Made by a program: the position numbers and the translations under genes | Shown: one piece after another, positions 39,854 to 51,201 of the stretch | Position numbering within the stretch: the first letter of the stretch is position 1 | Layout of the letters: each line of letters begins with the position of its first letter | Notes under the pieces: generated by a model | What the model saw: only the letters and a program-made list of their open reading frames with translations | What the model was told of the DNA's origin: nothing | The model's database searches: none | NCBI GenBank assembly: GCA_951406725.2 | Contig: OX597838.1 | Location: forward strand, 41,974,001 to 42,038,000 | DNA: 64,000 bases | Direction: 5' to 3' | DNA from: Octopus vulgaris | Taxonomy: Eukaryota

Positions 39854-41470
39854 GGGGTCAATTACATTGACCCCAGTACTTGATTGGTACTTATTTAATA
39901 ATAACAATAATAATAATATACACACACGTTCATTGACTTCCATTTGGCCTGGTTGTTCTACCAAACAGACTCCTATATACATAATGTGTGTGTTTCTCCC
40001 ACATACTTCTCTCAGCAGTTCTTCCTTCGCACATATTCATTTAATATCCAGTACTTAAAGCATGCATTACCAGGCAGGCTTTCAAGTCGCAAATGCACCG
40101 ATTACTCCTCTAATTGACGTGATTGACGCCATTCATTTGCAATAATTCATTTTCCAGGAGTAAATCTCCTTTAATTCCCATTTCACGGCAGTAAAATAAT
40201 AATAATAATAATGATGAATTGAATCCTACATGCTTTTATTGCTGAATAGTTTTGCTTTTAAATGTAGTTCTTGGACACATTTTGAATCCTGCCGTGTCCT
40301 GAAGCACCAATATCTAATTGGCTGCAACCTTTTAAGTATGGCAAAGTATGCAGCTGAGGCAAAAATATTGTCTCACAAAAGAAAATCTATTCATAAACAA
40401 ACAGCAGAGATCCAGCTATTGGGAGTTCTGTGACTGAATGCTTGTTAGCTAACACTGATACATCTGAAAATACAATCAAAACAATAGTTAAAATATTACT
40501 GGGTGTATTTTAGTTTAGGATGGTAAAATAGGAATTAACCTCACTTGGTTTGCATAAATATGAAGTTTTTGTTCTTCTACTTTAGTGAAAGGAACACTTG
40601 TAAATAACAAGCATTAATTACAGACTTGGTGTGTTTTGATTAAAATGAAAGCAAACACAATCTTGGGTAACGAGGGCTCTAATAACGAGGAAAAGAATAA
40701 TGACAGACATCTTGATTTGAAATAGCATGCAAAGAGGCCATGCTGTTGAAGGGACATGCATTTCTGCTGCATTGCAGATTCATTTCATTAGTTGTGTTTC
40801 AAATCAGGATGCCTCTCTATCCTTCAATTGAAAACACACACACACACACACACACACGTACACAGATGTTGAGGTGCAAAGCAAGGTACATCATGTCATA
40901 TTGCTGCAGTCTACTCAGCTGTAATTAGGTACCATCCAAGTTCTGGTGCAGCAACCCTTTCTCTTTCCTTCCAGTTGGGTGGAGGGTACAAGGGCTGAGT
41001 TAGGGGTCATTGGCCACTCATGATTATGGAGACAATGAATGGAAGCATGATACAAGCCATGCGGTCATACTCACTTGTCAGTGATGGCTAAGTATATCCG
41101 TCCGTCCGTCTGTCCGTGCATGTGTGTGTACAAGCTTGGAGGAACAAAGATAATTAGATCTTAATTTATGAGTTTAACCAATAGAAAATTACTAAAGTTA
41201 GTCATCATCATCAGCTGTCCATTTTCCATGCTGGCAGGGGTTGGACAGTTTGAGAGGAGCTGACAAGCTTGAGATCTGCACCAGGCTTCACTTGTGTTTC
41301 AGCATGGTTTTTATGGTTGACTGCCCTTCCTAATGCCAACCGCTTTGCAGTGTGCACCAAGTGCTTTGTACATGGCACTAGCAATGGTGAGCTTGCAAGA
41401 CAAGAATCTCTCAGCTGAGAGAGGCTGTGCATCCACAGTTTCTAATTCACTCTCTGTAAAGAAGCAAACT

Positions 41471-41622
41471 CTCAGATTTGAAGTCAGTTTGGTAAGGAGC
41501 CCTGCACGGAACTCAGATTTGAAGTCAGTTTCGTAAGGAGCCCTGCACGGGACTCCCAGATTTGAAGTCAGTTTGGTAAGGAGCCCTGCACGGAACTCTG
41601 AAATCTTGAGTCACTTTGGTAA
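41471..41622. repeat. Minisatellite, 41-43 bp unit, three copies plus a degenerate fourth
   Basis: Unit ctcagatttgaagtcagtttggtaaggagccctgcacggaa, head to tail. Confidence 0.95.
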
Positions 41623-42897
41623 ATTTGTATCAATTAAAAATTATAATGAACAAGAAGCAACAGGAGAGGATAAGCTTCTGATCACAATTATTATTTGATA
41701 CTGAGAAAGGTTATCAGCCTCCTTGTGGTTGTTTAACGTCCCCTTTTCAATGCTGGCATGGGTTGGATAAAGGTAATTGTTATGCTCTTCTGGACATTGT
41801 CTTTCTTTGGAATCAGGTGTAGTGGGGTAGGTGGGGGAGATCAAGAACATCCATTCTGTTAGTATTTCTTCTTTAATGCTTGGTCACTCACAGACAACCA
41901 AGGAATATTGAAAATGGTGCCACTACAAAGTGCCACCTTTTTTTCTCAAAGTATTCATATTTTGGTACTTTTTTTTTGTTTTTCTTTTGTTGTTGTAGAC
42001 TTCTGTCATTATTGCATTGCTTCTGACCCAGCCTTGTTTTCTTGGACAAATCTTTCTGCTAACTACCCTTTCCTAGGACCCATTCCAAGCTACACTCTGT
42101 GATGGTATCTGACCCATCTTGGTCTTTCTGTTTTTATCTGTTTGCTCATCCAAAAGATCACCATTTGATTGGTTGACTGGCAATGATCACACTCTGACCC
42201 CACTGGCTTATTGACCAACACACTCTGACTCCACTGACTCATAGATATTCTATTTCGTGTACAGCTACTACAACAACCCTTGTCCCTTCACTGGGTCAAC
42301 TCAACACACCAGTTTCTTATTTTCTCGTCTTCCCTTCCATCTCACCCACCCCCCGCCCCCACTTTCTACACTAAGCCATTCTTAATCTTTCAACACCAGA
42401 ACTGATACTTTTTAAGATTAAAGCCACATTTCCTCTTCAGATATTCTATACTAATCTAATCCATATTTGTCTCTCTAATCTAAGACATCCTGCAAGAATC
42501 ACAGGTATTGATTCTTCTATCACTAAATAAGAACAGTTGAAATGCTATTGCAAAGACCATCTTCACAACTGCCTGAAATCCAGTGCAAGACGGTCCAACC
42601 TCACACTTCTCCAAATTAATCAAATGTAAAGCAGTGTATTTTAACAGAAATATGGTAACAAAAAGCTTAAAATGATCTTTGATCAAAATTCTTCATTAGC
42701 CTATGTTCCAAATACCATTTTTTAATAATGACAGCTATTTTATAAAATAAAGGATTACTTTCAAAATTAGGTGAAAGAAAGGCATTATATTCAAATGAAA
42801 AATGATAACAAAAAGAAAGTAAACAAATTTAAATAATATCTAAAGATATTGAGGTATTCTGTGAGATATTAATATTTTTTCTTTTTTCTTTTAACAG

Positions 42898-43150
42898 GTT
42901 GGCCGTGTTGCACATGACTGCGCATTGGTGACCGGCCATCGGGCTGCAGTCCTCGATATTGCCTTTTGTCCACACAACGACAACATCATTGCAAGTGCCT
43001 CAGAAGATTGTTCCATCAAAATCTGGATGATACCAGACGGTGGGCTCGTAACTTGTATGACAGAATCTGTTGTCGACCTTCTGGCTCATCAGAGGCGAGT
43101 TGGAATTGTTGTGTGGCATCCTTCGGCACACAATATCCTTCTCAGTGCAG
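42898..43150 (+). CDS. coro: Coronin (type I), first coding exon visible in window: [43 protein letters not shown]...[22 protein letters not shown]
   Basis: Polypyrimidine tract plus ttaacag acceptor, gtaag donor; 253 nt. Matches coronin WD repeats (GH..VLDI.FCP.ND..IASxSED...K.W; H.RRVG...WHP.A.N.LLSAG). Confidence 0.97.
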
Positions 43151-44066
43151 GTAAGCAATTCAATTTTCTCTCTCTCTCTCTCCCTAAATGTATTGTTACA
43201 TGAGACTGATCACCATGATAACATCATCATCTGACATTAGTCACAGTTTAAAGTGTCACTGCGTCATCATCAGGGTGGCTACAGGTGGTGGTCATGTCAG
43301 ATATGGCTGTGTAGTTAGTTTTGAGTTCAGTCCCATTGTGTGGCACCTTGGGCAAGTGTTTTCTTCTATAGTCCTGGACCAACCAAAGCCTTATGACTGG
43401 ATTTGGTAGATGGAAACTGAAAGAAGCCCGATTGTGTCATCATCGTCCTTTAACATTCCTTTTTCCATGCTGGCACAGGTTGGATAGTTTGACATGAACT
43501 GAAAAGCCAGAGAACTGCCCTGAGCTAAAGTGTGTGTGTGTGTGTGTCTGTCTGTCTGTCTTCTCATGCTTGTCGTAAATGAGTGTCATTGTCATACAAG
43601 CAGTGTCATTCGTTTCTGATCTTCTGTGAAAACGTTTCCAGCTAAGAGAGAATATTACTTCACTTGGAAATGGGTGAGAGTTTGCGACAAGGAGGACGGC
43701 TGGCTGTAGAGAATATGCCTCAATGGACAACCTTCTGACCCATGCAAGCACAGATAAGTGGACGTTATTGGGTGATGTTTATTGGATACAGGACACACGG
43801 ACACACACATACATTCACTGATATGTTTGTGGATGTATATACTCTTTTACTTGTTTCAGTCATTTGACTGCGGCCATGCTGGATCACCGCCTTTAGTCAA
43901 GCAAATCGACCCCAGGACTTATTCTTTGTAAGCCCAGTACTTATTCTATCGGTCTCTTTTGCTGAACCGCTAAGTGACGGGGACATAAACACACCAGCAT
44001 CGGTTGTCAAGCAATGCTAGGGGGACAAACACAGACACACAAACACACACACACACACATACATAC

Positions 44067-44092
<26 letters not shown>

Positions 44093-44105
<13 letters not shown>

Positions 44106-45500
44106 TTCGAGACAAAACCACTATTTTGCAAATCAAACAAGGAAAGACTTAATCAATACATAAAAAATTTTAATATAAAGTAAATAAATCGCTACTACAA
44201 TTGTTTCATGTCTTCAAATGACATTCGTCAGGTGGATTTCCGATCTAAAAAATCAATATTTTAAAATATAAAATGAAAATAATATAAATTTATCAATGAA
44301 AGAATATAAATATATATAATCTATATATAATCTATATATAATCAACATATAATCTAAAATAAACCCTATAAACAATTGAATATAAAGAAACCTATTATTA
44401 AAGTTCTCATATTTAAAGATGTACAAAAAACAAAAATAAAAATAAACTATATATACACACATGCTCATACACATATATCTAAGTATAAATAACCATATCT
44501 AAATACATACACTAACTCACACACCTATATATATAACTCTATACATACACATAAAAACATCTAGGCAACGATAAATTAATAAAATAGCCAAATACTACAA
44601 CACATTACTTATTCATACTCCCTCACACACACATACAACCCACATTCATAAACAATATACATATACCCGCTCACACATACATATACATACGTACAGAACT
44701 CGATATATACACCAATATATTCACACCCACACCCATACAGATAAATAAATTACACAAGCAAACACACACACACACACACACACATTCACACTTACATAAA
44801 CACTCAAAAGAAAAACAAAAATTTCTTTGCGCGTGGAAAGCGAACGTTATTTAAAAATTATGAATGGAATAGAATGGAATAATATTTTAATCAACGTAAA
44901 TAGACAGAATTTACTCCAAAAATCATTAATAAACCAACCATGATAAATGAAAACCTTATATACATATAATGATAAAACTCCCTTTACCATACACAATAAT
45001 ACCTATATAGCAATCCCCATAAACCTATACATTCACACACAAATACACACACGTAAAACACACACCCACAACATATACATATACCCACTCACACATACAT
45101 ATACATACGTACAAAACTCGATATATACAACAATATATTCACACCCACACCCATACAGATAAATAAATTACGCAAACAAATACACACACATTCACACATA
45201 CATAAACACTCAAAAGAAAAACAACATTTCTACACATAATACGATATATAGAACACTCCATAAGTAACCAGAGTAACATAAGTAACAATATTAACATATA
45301 GAACCACTATTTTGGGATTCATCTTTGAAAGATATTCCTATACCTTAATGTATTGATTAAGTCTTTCCTTGTTTGATTTGCAAAATAGTGGTTTTGTCTC
45401 GAATTAATATTATATAATATTTTACTATAAAATTGGATTTAATCCTAAATCTGATTTTTTCCCCTGTAAATTTGGATTTATTCCCTAATATTTATTATTA

Positions 45501-45504
<4 letters not shown>
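44093..45504 (-). mobile_element. Non-autonomous Penelope-like element (inverted pLTR-type ends)
   Basis: Perfect 69-bp inverted repeat (44093-44161 vs 45348-45416), ~88-bp extension beyond the right repeat, hammerhead motif, insertion in (TA)n, no long ORF. Confidence 0.72.
44186..44239 (-). ncRNA. Minimal type I hammerhead ribozyme motif
   Basis: Minus strand: aaauc-c-ac CUGACGA auguc auuugaa gacau GAAA caauug UA gu-agc-gauuu. Complete core, 5-bp stem II, palindromic stem III (ACAAUUGU), GUA cleavage triplet. Confidence 0.8.
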
Positions 45505-45538
<34 letters not shown>

Positions 45539-45796
45539 GACAGGCTTCTTTCAGTTTCCATCTACCAAATCCACTCACAAGGCATTAGTCGGCCCGGGGC
45601 TATAGCAGAAGACACTTGCCCAAGATGCCACGCAGTGGGACTGAACCCGGAACCATGTGGTTGGTTAGCAAGCTACTTACCACACAGCCACTCCTGTGCC
45701 TATATTTTTTTCTATTTTAGAAGTATTTTCTATACCAGCAGAAAGGAAAATAAAACCAAGTCTCTTTTTTTTTTTTTTCATAAATACAATAGCAAT

Positions 45797-45918
45797 AAAT
45801 TTTAAAGGGATGGGGAAAGGGTTTAAGATAAAAAATGAAAAAAAGATCAAGAAAAAAATTTTAAAGGGATGGGGAAAGGGTTTAAGATAAAAAATGAAAA
45901 AAAGATCAAGAAAAATTT
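45797..45918. repeat. Tandem duplication of a 59-bp unit
   Basis: aaattttaaagggatggggaaagggtttaagataaaaaatgaaaaaaagatcaagaaaa occurs twice. Confidence 0.92.
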
Positions 45919-48031
45919 GATAAGGAGGGAAATAAATATACAATTGTCAGAGGTGAATTCAGATATTTTAGAAACTAAAGCATGAAACTCAACCTGCATA
46001 TCAGAAGTGTTTTCATCATATACTATTTCAATGGTGGCTTTTGCCGAGGCTGACTTTGCCTTTCAACCTTTCTGAGTCAATGAAGTTTAGTAATTGACTC
46101 CCCCCCTCCCCGAAATGTCAGGCATTGTGTCTACAGAAGAAAGGAATATTTCAATGGTGGGTTTGTACATGTAATGTGTCCCACAACTGCATAATTTAAT
46201 GAGGTCAGAGGTATATTACTGAAAACTGTGCATCTATCACACTGGTGAAGGTGGGGCATACATTCCAGCAATGGCATGCTACTAGTTTTTGTTTAGACAA
46301 CACAATGGACTTGGCAAATATGAATAAATAAATAATTGTAAAAATAAAGTCTCCCTACAAAATATCAAGTTCTAAAAAGTGTCTCTCTAAACATTTACTT
46401 AAAACATAGACTTATAGACATATCTTTTGAAAGGTACACTTTTCACAACCACGAGACTTTGTTTGGAGTCTGTCTGATTGTGTAGCATCTTGGATTTGAA
46501 ATTGCCAGGAGAATTTTGGAGTGGGAGTTTCAAAGTCCCTTGTGGGTGATCGGAAAAGAAAAAAAAAGGGCCCTGTGGCAGATCATTTGCTATAATGTAT
46601 GTCACCAATTCACCATGGCAACAGAATGATGAAAACTGGTAAAAAGAAAGGCCTGAAATCTGAAGGAAGGGAACCAGTAATTCTAGTGTTCCGAATGCTC
46701 TCAGCTGGCACCAAGACACCCCACTCAGTGCTACTTCCCCTTCTCTGTTGAGGGCTTTTTGCCTTTTTTTTAATATTTTGTCTTGCCATGTAAAAAGCAC
46801 CCGGGACACTTTGTAAAGTGGTTGGTGTTAGGAAGGGCATCCAGCTGTAGAAACCTTGGCAAAACAAAGGAACCTGATGTGGCTCCTGGTCTTGCCAGCT
46901 CCTGTCAAACTGTCCAACCCATACCAGCATGGAAAGCAGACATTAGATGATGATGATGATGATGTTGTTGAAATGCACAAGTATTTCATTGATTCTCCAT
47001 TTTATCAGACTTAAAAAGATGAATGACAGGGTTTACTCTGAGAATGGAAAGTGTCGGAAGAAGTATTAAAAGTCTCTGACTTTGTAACAATTCTGTCAGA
47101 AAATAGAACCACAAAATCAAGCCAAACATCCTGTGATATTGATACAAAAGTTGATTCACCTAATAGATCAGTTTAGCAAAAGTATTTAGGGCAATGATCT
47201 CTGTGGAGCCCATCCCATACTAGTTTGTACTTGTGACACGGTTTCAACTCAGTTCTGTAATCTAATAAACCACTTGTGAATTGCATTGAATGCCAGCAAA
47301 GCTTGCAGTGGCCGCTGGGTCTTCTTGCTCCAGCTGAGACTGTTGAATATACAGCATGGTTGTAAGATAGAACATGGTACGACTGACATCAGCTGCAAAT
47401 CCTTTTAGGAAATGTTTATCTAAAGAAACTTTAGGTCAGGGAATTAAAATTAAGGAAGGAAAGTATGACTGAATGGTTAAGAAGTTTGCTTTTCAACCCC
47501 GTGGGTCTCAGGTTTAGACTATCCAACAGAACATTTTGGGTATCAAGAGTCTTCTGTTAAAGTCTCAGCCAACCAATCCTTTGTGAAGGAAATTGGTTGA
47601 TGGAAACTATGCAGAAGCCTCTGTGTGTGTGTGTGTGGGGGGGCTGTTTGTGTCCCACTCCCTTCTTTTAACTTAGTGGTTCAGCAAAAGGGACCAATAG
47701 AAATAAGGATCAGATTTCAAAATTACTGGTGTTGATTTGTTCACCTAAGCCTTTGTGCTCCAGTGTGGTCGCAGTCCCCTGATTGATTCAAGTAAATGAA
47801 AAGATAAAGGGATGAGGAATTTAGTGAAATAAGTGTCATAATTAAAACTGTTGTCTGGTACATAAATTAACGTGAAATTCCAATGGAACATTTTAATTTT
47901 GGTTAATTTAAAACAGGAAATTTATATGACAGAACCAGGGGTGGTCACAGATGAGTCGATATTAAATTAAGGCCCTAATGGTTTCGTTACTGATGTAAAA
48001 TAATTATCCTCCATTTTATTTTGTCTTTCAG

Positions 48032-48207
48032 GCTCAGATAACAAAATCTTCATCTGGAACTGTGGAACTGGGGAACCTTTGGTTGAAATAGAGCTTCCGG
48101 ATTTGATTTTATCTGTCAGTTTCAATTACAATGGCAGTCGTGTTGCGGTCACAACAAAAGACAAAATGATTCGTATTCTTGATCCTAGAACTGGTAGCGA
48201 GATAAAG
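48032..48207 (+). CDS. coro: Coronin exon: (G)SDNKIFIWNCGTGEPLVEIELPDLILSVSFNYNGSRVAVTTKDKMIRILDPRTGSEIK
   Basis: tttcag acceptor, gtcagt donor; 176 nt; phase matches previous exon; KDK.IRI.DPR motif. Confidence 0.96.
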
Positions 48208-49297
48208 GTCAGTTCTCTTGAAATCTTTCTGCTTCTTTACCAATCTATGTCTGTTGTTGCCAAAAAGCACGTTGGGCAAATATCTTTTACTACTTTCCTG
48301 TTGTCAACTCAAATAATGTTTCCTTACAGCCAGACATGTTTTCATGGAAGATTGGATATAAATGACACCATTTCTATGACACTTTTCATTCAATGTCAAG
48401 AGGCATAGACATGTGCGCACAGCAGGCTTCTTTCAGTTTCCCTCTACTGAATCCACTCACAAGGCTTTTGTTGACCTAGGGATGTAGATGGTTGCCCATG
48501 GTGCCATGCAGTGGGACTGAACCTAAGACCACTTGGTTGGGAAGCAAATTTCTTGACCACACAGCTATACCAGACAAGTAGATGCATAGTCAGAGAGGAA
48601 ATTCGAGATGACTATTATATTCCAAAAATGAATTCTTTATCAGAAGAGAAGAATATGAAGCTTTAGCTAGATTATTATAAAACTGGTCTAAATTTTGATT
48701 AGTTTTGAAATTTGGTAAACAATGAAGCTTGTCTTCTTCCAGATCCGCTGCCAAGGCTTTGGCTGTCTCAGAGCTAAAATAGAAGATACAAAATTTTGCT
48801 GTGTTTTTAATCCTTTAGCATTTAAACTGGCCAAATTTGGCTCAAATACTCTAAAATAGTTTTACATTCAAACTGGCCATATCTAGCCTCTCACACCTAC
48901 CCTGCATTGATATTCTAAAAATAAACAATTACATCATCGAAACCTCAAAGCTATTAGATAATGCATAATTAATTCAAGGCAATTTGAATAAATAATCATT
49001 ACATTTGACAAAGTAAAGGCTTAATTTCTCTCCACTTTATCCTGAAGAAGGACTCTGTTCCAAAATGTTTAATTCCCTTGTCCCCCAAGCAAGTTCACTC
49101 TACTCTTTTGTCTTGATGTCCTAAACCAACACTAAGCTTGTGGGAGTCTGGGTTTAAAAGTAGAAAATACTTGCTCAAGATGCACCATAGCAGGACTGTC
49201 ATTATTAAGTATTTCCATTTGCTATTCTGTGAAAAGAGTGTCTTACTAAACAATTGTATTCCATGCTTTATTTGTATTATTTGTTTGTGCTTTTCAG

Positions 49298-49414
49298 AGT
49301 GCCAAGGGACACCAAGGTTCCAAACCATCGCAGTGTGTTTTCTTAAGGAATGGCAAAATCTTTACAACTGGTTTTTCTAGAATGAGTGAGCGACAATATG
49401 CCCTTTGGGATGAG
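49298..49414 (+). CDS. coro: Coronin exon: [39 protein letters not shown]
   Basis: ttttcag acceptor, gtgagt donor; 117 nt; conserved [12 protein letters not shown] motif. Confidence 0.97.
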
Positions 49415-49800
49415 GTGAGTGAACCAGTGTTGTGATAAAGATGAGTGATAGACAGAGAATGAACAAACGCAAGAAAGAACTCACCACATTTCATTGAAGT
49501 TACTTGTATTTTAGAAGTTTTACTCGGCTCCACATTCAACGAGGTGGGCATGTCTTGGGCAGCCATGAAACTTGGATGTGAAGCCGAGTCAAATCTGTTA
49601 TCAAAAACATGTGTAGATAGGTAGGTAGATAGAGAGACACAAACACACAAATAGATTTAAGTAAAATACTTCACAGAAACCCTGTTTATCTCTTGCATAT
49701 TTTCTTTCTGAATCTAAACTGGAGGAAAAAGGAAATTTGTATTTTTATATATTTTCTTCTTTTTTACTTTGATTATTAATGCTTTATCTTCCCTCTCTAA

Positions 49801-50085
<285 letters not shown>

Positions 50086-50214
50086 TAACTTTGTTGTTAT
50101 TAAGTTGGTGTTTGGAACATAAATTAACATGGAATGTTGATGGAAGAAAGTTTTAATTTAGTTTAAACAGGAAGTTTTTATCAGAACCAGGAGTGGTGGT
50201 CTCAGGTTGGATTA

Positions 50215-50580
50215 TCTGACAGGAGCTGACCAATTGAAGGGCTGTTCAGGCTCCCTGTCTGTTTTGGCATGGTTTCTGTGGCTGGATGCCCTTCCTAACA
50301 CCAACCACTTTACAGGGTGGATTGGATGCTTTTACATAGCATCAGCAGGGATGCCTTTTATGTGGCCCCAGCACCTATGAGCCTGCATGATTAGGCTCAG
50401 CTGGAGAGGGTTGCAGGGGATGGACCTGTATACAAGGACAACCATGTTTTTATTTAGCTTAACATGTCTTTCCAAGCATGGCAAACCACCAGGAGCCTCA
50501 CTCCCCTGTCGCCCCCTCTGAGTCCCAGCATCTGTAGATCCTTTCTAACCACTTTGTCCCATGTCTTCTTTTGACAAGTC
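50215..50580 (-). mobile_element. RTE LINE 3' end (end of ORF2 plus 3' UTR)
   Basis: KTWDKVVRKDLQMLGL followed by the gtggttggtgttaggaagggcatccagc tail. Confidence 0.75.
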
Positions 50581-51055
50581 CCTCAATCCTTTTATTCTAG
50601 TAGTGAATATTTTCCATAAAGATAAACTATGTTCTCACAAAGAATAGTGTGTTCTGTTCCGAAACCCTACTCTTAGAAAATGTAAGAAATCCAATGAGGA
50701 AGTTAACCAAAAAGATAAAGCTGCTTCAAATTCTATAGTTTTGTAAGACCAAATTTAAGCCTGGAGAATGACTATGGAGTTGAGAAGGAATCCTTTTATT
50801 TTTATATTTTCTTTCAACAGATGGGATTTCTCTATTTTCGCTGTTAAATATGTTTCACATGCATCTGCCATAGAAAAATATATTTATTGAAGTTTATAGG
50901 TTTTAAAATTTCTTCTCTTTATCATATTTGTTCTGTTTGTTGTCTACCTCTCACTTCTCCTCTCTCCATCTGTCTCCCTCTCCTCCACTCCTTCAACTCT
51001 CTCTCCACCCTATCTGTTTCACCCTTATTATCTCTCTCTCTCTCTCTCCCACCAG

Positions 51056-51201
51056 GGTGATTGTAGTATATCCTACTATGAGATAATCGAGGGTTCACCA
51101 TTTGTATATTACCTGAGTACTTACAAGACATCGGAACCACAGCGAGGTATTGGCATGATGCCCAAACGTGGTGTCAACGTGAATCAGTGTGAAATTTCAA
51201 G
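51056..51201 (+). CDS. coro: Coronin exon: [48 protein letters not shown](R)
   Basis: (CT)n tract plus accag acceptor, gtaag donor; 146 nt; PQRG.G.MPKRG..V..CEI.R motif. Confidence 0.97.

Larger units (their letters stand above)
43840..45702 (-). mobile_element. SINE family A split in its (TA)n tract by a 1.4-kb insertion
   Basis: 3' half 43840-44092 and 5' half 45505-45702 join to give a normal family A copy. Confidence 0.92.

Noticed and set aside
41471-41622. CRISPR-like array
   Set aside because: Units are head to tail with no unique spacers, there are no cas genes, and the context is a eukaryotic intron.
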